64,000 bases of DNA from Cyanophora paradoxa CCMP329. Lineage: Eukaryota; Plantae; Glaucophyta. Position numbers and translations under genes: made by a program. Each line of letters begins with the position of its first letter. Within the stretch, counting starts at the first letter, position 1. The stretch covers positions 186,001 through 250,000 of the forward strand of contig QPMI01000093.1 in assembly GCA_004431415.1 (NCBI GenBank), read 5' to 3'. The notes beneath the pieces were generated by a model, which saw nothing but the letters and a program-made list of their open reading frames with translations, made no database searches and was not told the DNA's origin. Shown piece after piece: positions 1 to 16,900 of the stretch.

Positions 1-1619
1 GTTCTCTCGAAGAAGGAGATCGAAACGATCATGCGCCTCCGGAGGAACGAGTACCCCGACGCCGACTTCGACCCCTACCTGGTACCCCCGCCCCCGCCTC
101 GCCCCGCCCTGCCCCGCCCTAACTGCAGCGGGCAGCCTATGCTGGACACGCCGTACGAGGACGGTATCCACCCCCTCTCCAGCGTACCTGAGCCCAAGCG
201 CCGCTTCATCCCCTCCAAGTGGGAGGCCAAGAAGGCGCGTACCCCCCTCTCCTCCCGACACGTGTACCCCCCTGACCATTCATCCCCCGTCCCCAACAGA
301 TCGTCAAGATGGTGCGGGCGATCCGGAACGGGTGCGCCTCGCTCCTCCCTCCCCCTCCCTCTCATCCCCCCCTTTTTTCTAAAATCGCTCTACCCCCCCA
401 GGTGGGTCAAGGAGGCGCAGGAGCGGGAGGCGGCGCGGAAGAAGCCGGAGAGCTACATGCTCTGGGACGACTCCGAGCAGGCCCGCTTTTCCCCTTTCCT
501 CTACCCCCCCTTTCCTCCTCTACGCCCCCTTCTTCCTCCGGGCCGCTGCCATTCGTCTATGGCTCTCTGTGCTCAGTCTCTGCCTGCCTGCCCCGCGCCT
601 TCCTCCCTCCTCTCCTCCCTACCCTCCCTCCGCCCCGGCATCTTCTGACCTTCCCCCGCCCCCCCCCCCCCCCCCCCCCCCCCCTCCCACTCGCAGATGC
701 CGGACAAGCTTGCGCAGCGCATGGCGCAGCACATCCCCGCCCCCAAGCCCAAGCTCCCCGGTCCGTGCCGTACCCCCGCTCTCCATCATCGCGTACCCCC
801 GCTGCCCCCACTTTTTCTTCTCCTCACGCCGGGGCAGGGCACGCCGAGTCGTACAACCCGCCCGAGGAGTACATTCCCACGCCCGAGGAGCTGGTCCGGA
901 CGCCCCCCTTTCCCTGTCCCGCCCAGAGCTTCCCGGCTTTCTTAGCTTAAGCCTTTCTTTGCTTCTAGTCGGATTCTCCTAGCTTCCCAAGCTCTGCAAG
1001 CTTCTAAGCTTATAAACTTCTAAGCTTATAAGCTTCTAAGCTTCTAAGCTTATAAAGCTTATAAGCTTCTAAGCTTCTAAGCTTATAAGCCTTCCAGGCT
1101 TTCTCCTAGCTCGAGCTTCCCGGCGCCCTGCGCTTCTCACCGGCCCGCCTCCTAGTCTGTCCGTCCGTCTGTAGCCCCGCCGTCTCACCTGAGCCGTCTC
1201 CTCCCCCCCCCCCCAGGCGGAGTGGGAGAAGATGGACCCGGAGGACCGGCCGTACAACTTCGTGCCTCGCAAGCACACTTCCATGCGCGCCGTGGGCGCC
1301 TACAAGGTCGGCGCCTCCGGCAGGCTTAGAAGCTTAGAAGCTTAGCAAGCAGCGCCAAGGTCCCCAAGCTTGAAGCTTAGAAAGCCTGGGAAGCTTAGGG
1401 CGCCTACAAGGTCAGCGAGCGCGGCCGGGCGCGCCTGGCGCCCTGTGACAGCCAGCCAGAGAGCAAGTGCCTTGGCTTGGAGCAGCACACGCTTTAGAGT
1501 CTGGCGTTTAGAGCAGCCTGCCGGCCATTCCCTCTCTCCGCACCAGGGAGCAGCCTGCGCTTCGAGCGGCGCGCCTAGCCTCTTCTCCTGGCGCCCCTCG
1601 CGGCCGGCCGCTCCTCCTC

Positions 1620-1650
<31 letters not shown>

Positions 1651-4600
1651 CCCTGGCTGGGGCCTTGCCCCGCCCGCCCGCCTCCCCCGCCCGCTTCGGC
1701 GCCCTCGCCTAATCGCTTAGCGCTCTCCGTCGCCCGCCTCTCTCTTACCCCGCGGCCTTGGCTGAAAACGACCTCCTCTCTCCCGCCCGCATCTCTTACC
1801 TTCGGTCTCGGCCCTGGCTGACCGGCTTTCTCTTCCCCGCCCGCCTCGGCAGGACTTCATCAAGGAGCGCTTCGAGCGGTGCCTCGACCTCTACCTCTGC
1901 CCCCGCGTCCGCCGCAACCGCGTGCGCCCGCCCCGCCCCCCCCCCCCCGCCGAGCCGAGCCGAGACGAGCCGAGCCTCCCCGCCCCGCCCCTCCTTCCTT
2001 CCCGCCAAGCCGAGGCCCCGCCCCACACTCGCCCCCGCCCACTCGCCTTCGCGCGTTCCGGCTCGGCCCCGCCCCGCCCCTCCCCTCCCGTCCTCCCCTC
2101 GTTCTCTCCACTCCCCGCCCTCTGAGCCGAGCCAAGCCAAGCCGCCCCGCGCTCCTCCGCCCGCCCGCCCGCCCAATCACCCCATTCCCTCGCTTAGCCG
2201 CCTACCCTCCACTCCCCGCCTACCCTCCACTCCACGCTTCGAGCCGAGCCGAGCCGAGGCGCCCCGCGTTACGGCTCGGCCCCGACACGCCCCCCCCCCG
2301 CCTGCCCTCGTTCCCTCCTCCCCGCCCTCTGAGCCGAGCCGAGCCGAGCTGAAATGAGGCGTTCCTTCGTAACGCGCCTAAGCTTTTAACGCCCACGCCC
2401 ACGCCTCTCCCCCCTTCCCTCCTCTCTTTCTTTCCCTCCCTTCTTCGCTCAGCCGGCCGCCGCCCCCGCCGCCCCCGCGCGCAGCTGAACATCAACCCGG
2501 AGTCGCTCATCCCGAAGCTGCCGAGGCCCCGCGACCTGCAGCCCTTCCCCAACGCCCTCGCCCTCGAGTTCAAGGGTGCGTCCGCCTCGTCACGTCTCTG
2601 AGACCCTGAGAACAACCATGAAGCCCTTGAGATGATGATCTAGACGTTCTCCCTCAGTGGCCTTGGCCCCGCCCTAGACGTAGACGTTCTCCCTCATGGA
2701 CGCTAGCTAGTTAGCCCCCGCCCCGCTCTGTCCGGTCTGACCGGGTTTCCTCCCCCCCGTCCGCCCCGCGCAGGGCACGAGTCGCGGGTGCGGTCGATCT
2801 CGGTGCACCCGACGGGCCAGTGGCTCGCCTCGGGCGGCGACGACGGGAGCGTCCGCGTGTGGGAGGTCGCCACCGGCCGCTGCCACCGGGTCTTCTCGCT
2901 GGGGGGCGTCGTCCAGGCGCGCCGTACCCCCCCTTTCTGTCCGCCCGTACCCCCCAAGCCTTTAACTTTTGATTCGCCGCAGTGCGTCGCGTGGAATCCG
3001 AACGCGGCCCTTTGCCTCCTCTCCGCGGCCGTGTACGCTGCCCGTTCGCCTGCCCGTTTGCCGGGGCTAAATATAGCTGGCGGGCGCGCAGGGACAACCG
3101 CCTGCTGCTGCTGTACCCCGGCGTGGCGGGCGAGGACCAGCGGCGGGCGACGCGGGCGGTGCTGCGGAGGGGCAGGGCGGCGCGGAGGCCATCGCCCGTC
3201 TCCGAGGGCGGCAAGGCGCTCACCAAGTGGGAGCTGAGCGCCGCCGGCGAGGCGGCGGCGGCGAGGCCGGCCGGCGCGGCGGCGGCGGCGGAGGAGGGGA
3301 AGGAAGAGGAGGAGGAGGAGGGGGGGGGCGGAGGCGCCGGCGGGGAGCGCGGACATCGCGGAGGGGGTACTCCTCACTCTGACGCACGAGAAGACCGTGA
3401 AGCAGGTGGGGCTCAGATCTGATCTGACCCGATCGGATCGGATCAGATTAGATATGATCTGAGCCGACTGCGTCCCCCCCCCCTCAGATCACGTGGCACG
3501 CGCGGGGCGACTACTTCGCGGCCGTCTGCCCCGAGGGTCCGCCCCCCCCCCCCCCCCCCCCCCCCCTCTTCCTTCCTCCCCGCATCCATTTCAACCTAGC
3601 AAGCGAACTAGCTATAGTGAGAGAAGAGCTTACGCCGCCCCCTAGTCCCCCTAGTCCATCGCCGGCTAGCTAGCTCACGGCGCGCCTCCGGCCCCCGCGC
3701 GCGCGCGCGCAGCGAACACGCGGGGCGTGGTGATGCACCAGCTCTCCCGCTTCGCGAGCCAGGCCCCCTTCAAGAAGGGCTCCCTCAAGGTGCGAGCGAA
3801 CGAAGTCTGCCACGAAGCCCTATACACATACACACATTTCGGCCCCTTCGTATATATACATTTCGGCCCCTCCGGTTCCTTGTAGCTCGATGCTGGCGTC
3901 TATGACCCCTTCCCTCGTTAGTTACTAGCGCGCCACGAAGCCCTCGCTCGCCTCCTTAAGCTTCTTCAGAGTTATATCAGCTAGCCCAGTCCCCTGTCAT
4001 AGCGGAAGGGCTCCCTCGAGGCCCCGCGCCCTTGTAGCTATGACAGCTAGCGTCTATACCCCCCGCCCTCCCCCCCTCCCCCTTCTCTTCTCGAGAGCCG
4101 CGCCTGACGCGGCGCCGGGGCGGGCGGGCGTGCGCGTCGCGCAGGTGCAGAAGGTCAAGTTCCACCCCACGAAGCCCGTCTTCTTCGTCGCCTCCATGCA
4201 CTGTGCGAACGAAGCGCCCCCCCCCCCCCCCCGCCCTCCTCCCCCGCCCCGGCCTCCCGCCCTTAAAACACGCACTGTGCGCCCCCTCCCCCGCCCCGGC
4301 CTCCCGCCCTTAAAACACGCACTGTGCGCCCCCTCCCCTGCCCCGGCCTCCGGCCCTTAAAACACGCACTGTGCGCCCCCTCCCTGCCCGGCCTCCCGCC
4401 CTTAAAACACGCACTGTGCGCCCCTCCCCCGCCCCGGCCTCCGGCCCTTAAAACACGCACTGTGCGCCCCTCCCCTGCCCCGGCCTCCCGCCCTTAAAAC
4501 ACGCACTGTGCGCCCCTCCCTGCCCCGGCCTCCCGCCCTTAAAACACGCACTGTGCGCCCCCTCCCCCGCCCGGCCTCCGGCCCTTAAAACACGCACTGT

Positions 4601-5897
4601 GCGCCCCTCCCCCGCCCCGGACTCCCGCCCTTAAAAACACGCACTGTGCGCCCCCTCCCTCCCCCGCCCTCCCCCGCCCTCCCCCGCATCCAGTGCCTCC
4701 CTCCTGCCTCCCAAGGATGACCCTTTAGCGCCCCTTCCCTCCCGCCCCTAAGCGCCCCTAAGCCCGTCTCCTTCGTCGCCTCCCCCCGGCCTCCCCCCCT
4801 CCCTCCCTCCCCTGGCCTCCTGCCGCCGCCCCCTCTGACCGACCGCCGCCCGCCCGCCCCGCCCCGCTTCGTCCGCAGATGTCCGGGTGTACAACCTGGC
4901 GAAGCAGGAACTCACCAAGAAGCTCCAGGCTCGCCCTCGATCATCCTAAGATAGATCTAAGATATATCTAAAGATAAAGATCTAGAGCCCGCCCGCTCGA
5001 TCGTTCTTCCCGACGCGATCGATCGATCGCGCCGCTCCGCTCCGCTCCGTTCCTGCCGCTTCGCTTACGCGCCATGGCTTCTGCCGCCGCCGCCGCCGCC
5101 GCCGCCCGCAGACCGGCGTCAAGTGGGTATCCTCGCTGGACGTCCACCCGACCGGTCCGCCCCTTCCCCCCGCCCCCCCCCGCCCCGCTGGGTACAGGGA
5201 AGAGCTCAGGCGTGCTCAGGTGACCACGTGGTCGTGGGTTCGTACGACAAGCGGCTCTGCTGGTTCGACCTCGACCTCAGCACGCGCCCCTACAAGACCC
5301 TCCGGTGCTTGGCTTGTTTGTAGACCGCTTTAGTTGGCTCTGTTCGAACCGCGGCCCAGGTACCACGCGGCGGCGATCCGGCAGGTTTCCTACTCGCCGG
5401 GGTACCCCCTCTTTGCCTCCTGCTCCGACGACGGCACAGTCCAGGCACGTATCCCTCCCAGCTCTCTTTACCCCCCACTCCCCCCTATTCTGACTCCCGT
5501 GCAGGTCTTCCACGGAATGGTGTACGCCGATCTGCTGCAGGTCAGCATTATAATTTCCCGTACCCACGCTCCGCGCGGATCTCACTGGTACCCCCCCCCC
5601 CCCCCGCAGAACCCGCTCATCGTACCCGTCAAGATCCTGAAGGCCCACACCCCAGTGGACCACCTCGGCGCGCCCAGCGCTCATTCGCCGCGTACCCTTC
5701 TTTCCCGTGTCTGATTTTTCGCCGCAGGGGTTCTGGACACTGTGTTCCACCCGACGCAGCCCTGGGTCTTCAGCTGTGGGGCGGACAAGTGCGGCCCCCT
5801 CCCCCTCCTTTCCCCCTGCCGCCCCTTTCGCCTGATCGCGGTGCGCCCCTCGCGATCGATCGATCGCAGGATCATTCGGCTGTTCGCGAACCACTAG
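1..5897 (+). CDS. BOP1: Ribosome biogenesis protein BOP1/ERB1 (WD40), multi-exon, 5' end outside window
   Basis: Spliced exons read [16 protein letters not shown]|[126 protein letters not shown] (TAG 5895-5897). Confidence 0.95.
945..1100. repeat. AAGCTT-rich short tandem repeat in a BOP1 intron
   Basis: Runs of aagctt(c/a)t units. Confidence 0.75.
4255..4655. repeat. Intronic minisatellite, ~45-46 bp unit, about 9 copies
   Basis: Repeated cccttaaaacacgcactgtgcgcccctcccc(t/c)gccccggcctcc(c/g)g inside a BOP1 intron. Confidence 0.9.
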
Positions 5898-6502
5898 ACG
5901 CGCGCTCGAGCGGGCGCTAGCATCTCAAGCGTAGATGGTTGCGAGCACCTTGTCTTAATTTAAAACATGAGAGGAAATGCTGGGCCGTCCTCCTGGGCCT
6001 GGCTCCGGATTGGCCAGTTGCATGCTTCACGAATCACGATCGCGGTCATGATCATATGATGATGGCCCAGTGGCTCAGCGGCTCATGTTAATGGTCATGG
6101 CTCATGTTCATGGCTCATGGACTGGCTACTAGGCTAGCATCTAGGCTACGTATATACTAGGCATGGTGACATCATAATCATGGCATGTGCATGGTGCGGC
6201 GCCGGCCAGCTCGAAGCGAGGTACTAGAGCCTCGGAGAGATGCACTGCGGCAGTCGCGCTGAGCAACTTGCACAGATTTAGACTCTGAGATCTAGATAAC
6301 CGGATCTCAGAGTCTGTCCCTTGCAGTGGGATCATCGGATCTTTGTCCTCGGCGGAGATCGAACTCGGCATGGCGTGGTCTAGAAAGCAAGCTACGTATA
6401 CGTTTACGCGTCTAGAGAGCAGGCGCTTATAGATCTCAGGAACTCGAATGCTCTCCGAGGCTCCAGGAATGCAGATTCGAACGACAGAGCCGCGCCGGGG
6501 GG

Positions 6503-8135
6503 CTACGCGAACATGGAGGCCAGGTACTCGTCGCACTCCTCCTCCGCCGTCCGCTCCTCCGCCGCCCGCCGCGGGCCCCGCCACACCTCCGCAGCCGCCT
6601 TCCCCTCCTCCCCTTCGGGCGCGGCAGCCGCCTTCTCCTCCCCGGCCGCGGCCGCGGCCCCGGCCGCCTGCTGCGGGGGCGGCGGGGGCATCGCCGCCGC
6701 TGCCTCCTTCTCCTCCTTCTCCTTCTTCCCCCCCTTCTTCCGCCGCCCCTCGCCCTCGCCGCCGCTCTCGCCGCTCTCGCTCCCGCTGCTGCTGCCGCCT
6801 CCGCCGCCGGCCGCCTCCCGCCGCGCACGCTTCGCTTTTCGCCTCTGCCGCCGCTCCTCCTTCTCCGCCTTCTTCGCCGCCCTCTTCTCTTCCTTGGCCA
6901 TCTCCGCCAGCTTCCTGCGACCAGAGCAAAGGAGCGCCAGTAAGCGGCCCGCGAGCCCAGTAGACCACCGGGCCCGGCCCCGCTCGCCTGTAGTTGAGCT
7001 TGAAAGCGCACTCCGGGCAGAGCCGCAGCTTCACCAGGGCGTTCTTCCGCTCGTTCGCCTCCACGTACGCGAAGTTCACCTGAGCGGGCGCCCCGCAGGA
7101 TCACTCACCTGAGCCGGCGACGGCGCGCGGTGGGTGGCCCCCAGCGCACCTCGAAGCTCCGCAGCTGCTCACGCCCGTCGCAGCGCTTGTTCCCGCATAC
7201 GAACTGGCCTGCGGGCGGGCCGGGGCGCGTCGGCCGGGCGGAGCGGGGGCGGGGGCGGGTACAGGCGGGCCGGACAGCGGGCGCACCCTTGCCAGCGAAG
7301 ACCTCTTTCTCCGTGCGCCAGCGGAGGCCGACCTGCCGCGAACGGGCTTGTGTTTCCGCGCGGGCGAAGCGCCCTGCGCGGCGCGCGGCGCCGCGCACCT
7401 GCCCCGCCTTGTAGTTGCTCAGGTCCGCGAGCGCGAACTCCTTGAAGAGCCGGTCGTAGCTGCGCGGCGCCGCGGCGCGGCGCGTCAGGCGTGCGTGCGT
7501 GCGCGAACGATTTGATATTCGAGCTCACTATCGCCTTGCGAGCCGCTTTTCCCAGGAAGCGTCGGCGGCGTCCTCATCGTCGTCGCGGATAAACCTGCAG
7601 GCAATTCGTTCGTTCGTGAGAGGGCGCTGGCGAGCGGGCGCGGTTCCGCCCGCGCCGCCGCACCTGTGCTCGCGCTGGAGGATGTCCAGATCCGTGCAGC
7701 GGGCCTGCACGTCGGCCTTCGGGACGCTGTTCCCGTAGAACTGCGCGAGCCACGCGTCAGAGACCGCCGCACAAGGCGCCGAGAGCAACACACCAGAACG
7801 AAGTCGTTCATGAGCTTCACATGGCGCTGGTAGGCCGTGAGGCCCGACCACTGCCCGCCGAAGGGGCCGGCTGCCTTCTGGCGCTCCTCCGCGCCGAGGC
7901 TGGGCAGGTCGGAAGGGCGGGGCGGCCGCGGGGCGCCTCTACGCTGGTCATCTGACTGCGTCGGACGCCCGCACACGACCGCGTAGCTCGTTCCACCGCC
8001 TGAGCGCCTGTCGCCTGCGACGCTGCTGACATCCGACGCAGTCTGCGAGCCGGAGTGAGCGGAGCGCGTGCGGGAGCGCGGCGTGCGCACATCGCTGAGC
8101 ACGCCCGACACCCGAGCGTGGCGCGCGAAGTCCAT
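6503..8135 (-). CDS. FRA10AC1: FRA10AC1 (folate-sensitive fragile site protein) homolog, multi-exon
   Basis: LTAYQRHVKLMNDF, TDLDILQREHRFIR, WEKRLARRYYDRLFKEFALADLS, VGLRWRTEKEV..GKGQFVCGNKRC, LRSFEVNFAYVE...KNALVKLRLCPECAFKLNY; C-terminal ECDEYLASMFA*. Confidence 0.92.
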
Positions 8136-8752
8136 GTTGAGCCGGCGTCCTCAGCGCCGCGTCTTTCACATACGGAGCCGAGCGGAGCTGCTCTCCGGGC
8201 TCAGAAGTCAAGGCAGAAGTCGTTTAACACACGGATCCCGGAGCGTCGTGCTACTGGCTGCCGCTGGGCTGGCGCGGGGAAGTACGCGTACCCCCCACCC
8301 CCGAAATGCTCGGAAATGGCCATGCATATGGGGACTTGCAATGGCTTGCGATCGTACTTCATCTAATTATAAGTTCAGCGGGCCGGACTAGCGCCACGCT
8401 GTGACGTCGACATGCAGGCCGGGCGCTTACGCCGCCCGCCACAGCATCTTTCTTTGTCTGCGGGGGCTGCTGCGCGGGCGCCCGCTAGTGAAGTTTCAAC
8501 GACGAAGATCGACCCTGCAGCTGGCCCGGCGGCCCACAGGCTGCCCGGGCGCCCAGCGCGCGATCGCATCGCATCGCAGTTAAATTACGACACCGGCTAT
8601 AACAGTGCGCCGAGGCTTGAAACTACGGAGCGGAGGGGACGGGGAGGGGGGGGGGGCCGAGGGGTGGCGGGGAAGCAGAAGGCCGGGGGGCCCGGGGGGG
8701 GCTGGCGGCCCCGGGGCGGGGCCGAACGGGCGGCACGGGCGTAAGGGGGCGC

Positions 8753-13840
<5,088 letters not shown>

Positions 13841-13992
13841 TTTTGTTGCGGATGCTGTCTATGAGACGCGCAGCGCCTAGAGACGGCTCCCCGAACCCGA
13901 GGCCACAAGGAACTTTCGCGGTGTTTCTTACGAACTGTACCCGAACAGCTCGGACACATCGTACCCCCTCCCAGACACACAACAATCCGCGA
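13841..13992. promoter_or_regulatory. Putative bidirectional promoter (~150 bp) between Hsp110 and the SbcD-SbcC gene
   Basis: Divergent ATGs at 13840 (-) and 13993 (+). Confidence 0.55.
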
Positions 13993-16900
13993 ATGGAGGG
14001 GCGCACGCCGCACGCGGCGGCGTTCGCGACCTCCAGCCCGCCTTTGCGGCTCGTGTCCGGCGTCGCGGGCCACGCGTGGGCGGCCGCAAGCCATGCCCTC
14101 GCTGTGCGCGCCGCCCCGACCCAGCGGCTGCACGCAATGGCGCCTCCCGAGGTCCTTCTACCACGTACGCTGCAGCGGAGCGCCCCGGGCCACAGCAGGG
14201 CGGTCCTGCCGCCGTCGCCGTTCCTGCGGGGCCTGCCACTCTCGCGGTTCTCGATGGCGCGCTCGAGCCCGAGGGGCCCGTTCGAGCCGCTTCACGGAGA
14301 GCGATCGGGCGCGAGATGCGTGTCCGGCGCGGCGGCCCTGAGGGAGGCTGACGACGATCCCGGGAGCGGCGCTGGCACCGCGAAGAAGCGCGTCGGGCGC
14401 CCCCGCAAGGCGGCCGCCGGTGCGTGCGACGCCTCGAACGGCCGCCGAGCAGCGCGCTGAGCGGTCTCTCCCGCAGCGGCCGCCCCGAGCGACGGCGACG
14501 CGGCGCCGGCGCAGCCTCCCGCGAAGCCGCGGAGGACGCGCAGGGCGGCCCCCGAGGCGCCGGCGGAGGAGGCGCCGGCATCCTCTCCGGCTTCGGCTCC
14601 GGCGGCTGCGGTGGAGGTGCCGCAGGTGCACGAGGAGGCGGAGCGCGCGGCGGACCGGGCGCGCCAGTGGGTCGTCTTCTCCGACCTCCACGTCTCCCGC
14701 CGCACGCTGCCCACCTGCCTCGAGGCGCGCCCGGCCAAGAACCAACCGCTCAGCTGAGCGCGCTCAGGTGAGTCTGAGCCGGGGCCGCAGGTGCTCGAGC
14801 GGGTGGCGGAGGAGGCGCGGCGGCGCGAGGCCGGCGTTCTGTTCCTCGGCGACTGGTGGCACGCCCGCGGGGCCCTCCCCGTCGACCTTCTGAACGCCGT
14901 CATACGCGCCCTCTCCTCCTGGGAGGCCCGTACCCCCCCCCTCCCCCGCCCGCCCTCTCACCTGACCTGACCTGACCTGAGCGGCCCTGCCCCCGCAGGC
15001 GCCGCTGGTCATGATACCCGGGAACCACGACCAGGTGCCGCACCCCCGGCCCGCCCCGCCGCCCTCGAGCGAGCAGCCCTCACGGGGGTACAGGTGAACA
15101 TAGGGGGGGAGGAGCACGCTCTGACGCCCATCGCCGCCGTCCACCGCTCCGTGCGCCCGACCCGGCCCGGCCCGCCGAGCTCAGGTGAACTTGATCTGAA
15201 GTCTGAGGCTCGGGTTCTCTCAGGCGATCCTCTTCTCGCGGCCGGCGGCGTGGCGGGGCGCACTCTTCGTACCCTACCGGAGAGACGAGGCCGCCGTCCG
15301 CGAGGCCGTCGGGGGGTACGCCGCCGTCGCGGGCGGGGGTACACCCGCCGCCGTCTTCTGCCACGTCGACATCGTCGGCGCCGCCATGAACGATGCCGTC
15401 CAGGTACCCCCTTTTCGCGTACTCACTGTACCCTCCGCCCCGAATCCGTACTCCCGCAGGCCGCGTACGGGCTCCCTTCGGACATGTTCCCTCCCGGGGT
15501 ACCGGTCTACACGGGCCACTACCACAAGCCGCACGTCGTTCCGGGTACACAGATCCGCTACGTCGGCTCGCCCTACCAGGCAGGCCCCGTACCCCGAAAC
15601 CCCCCCCCCTCCGACCCTGATTCTTGCTCCCCCCCCTCCCCCCCCCCCCCCCTTCCCCCCTCCCCGCAGGTATCCTGGAGCGAGGCGGGGCAGGAGAAGG
15701 CCCTCCTGATCCTCGACCGCGACTGGAAGGTGCCTACCCCCCCTCCCGCCCCTTTCGTGTACCCCTCCCACCCTCTTCTCGCAGGAGGCGGACGAGGTGC
15801 CGCTGCGGGTCGGGCCGCGGCACTTCCCCGCCTCGGGGCTGGCGGCCCTGCCGGCCCCTGGCGCCCTCCGCCCCGGGGACCGTGTCCGCCTCCGCGCCTC
15901 GGCCCGCCCCTTCTTCTTTCCTCCTTTCTTCTTTCTTCCTTCTTCTCCCTTATGCTTTGGGCAGGCGGAGGAGCTGGCGGCTCCGGAGGCGCGGGCGGCG
16001 CTGGCGGCGCTGCGCGCGTCGGGCGCCGAGGTGCAGGAGGAGGAGGCCGTGGCGCCCCGTACCCCCGCCCGCATCGCCAACGCCGACTCCCTCGGCCCCC
16101 TCTCGTGCGCGCTCTCCCTGCCCCCGTGCCCCCGTTCCGCCCGGCCCGGGGTACAGGGTCCGATCGCCCGGGGTACAGCGTCTTCGAGGAGTTCGCGAGG
16201 CAGAGGGGCCTCTCCGCGGCCGCGCTCCGCATCGGGCGCGAGATTCTCACCTCCCTCCCCGCCGTGCGCCCCCGTACCCCCGCGCTTCACCCCCCCCCCC
16301 CACCCCGCCCCGCCTCCCAAACCAAAACCATTCGATCCACCCCCCCCATCCCGCAGACGGCGGACAAGGGTGGCGCGACGTCCGGGGGGGTAACGGAGGT
16401 TTCGTTCGAGGAGGTCGAGCTGGAGGGGTACGGCCCCTTCGTGGATCGCGTCGTGTACCCCCTCTCGAGGCGCGGCGTGGTCCTCATCACCGGCTCCAAC
16501 GCCGACGATGAGTCCTGGTACCCCCCTCTCCCCGCCCTTGCCCGTACCCCCCGCCCCTGAAACGCCCCGCCAGCGATTCGAACGGGTCGGGCAAGTCGAC
16601 GCTGCTGATGGCGCCGCTGTGGGCGCTGCGGGGGGAGGCGGACCCCCGCCCGGAGGGCTCCTCCTACAAGGGCCTGAGGAAGGAGATGGTGTCGGACTGC
16701 CCGGGGGCCCCCGGGCGGGCCCGGGTGCGGGTCTCGGCGATGGTGAACGGACGGCCGCTGGTCGTGGAGCGGGTGATGGGGAGCTGCCGGCCCCCGCACC
16801 AGCTCCGCGTCTCCTACGGCGGCGAGGACCTCACCTGCCAGGGTCCGCCCCGCGCCCCGTTCCTCGGACGGCTCAGATAGAAACCTCAGCGACGGCGCCT

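Noticed and set aside
4255-4655. Regular repeats resembling a CRISPR array
   Set aside because: No unique spacers, no cas genes, and it lies inside a eukaryotic intron: a minisatellite.
6503-8135. FRA10AC1 ('folate-sensitive') as part of the pterin/folate cluster
   Set aside because: The name refers to a human fragile site; the protein is spliceosome-associated and lies ~28 kb away.
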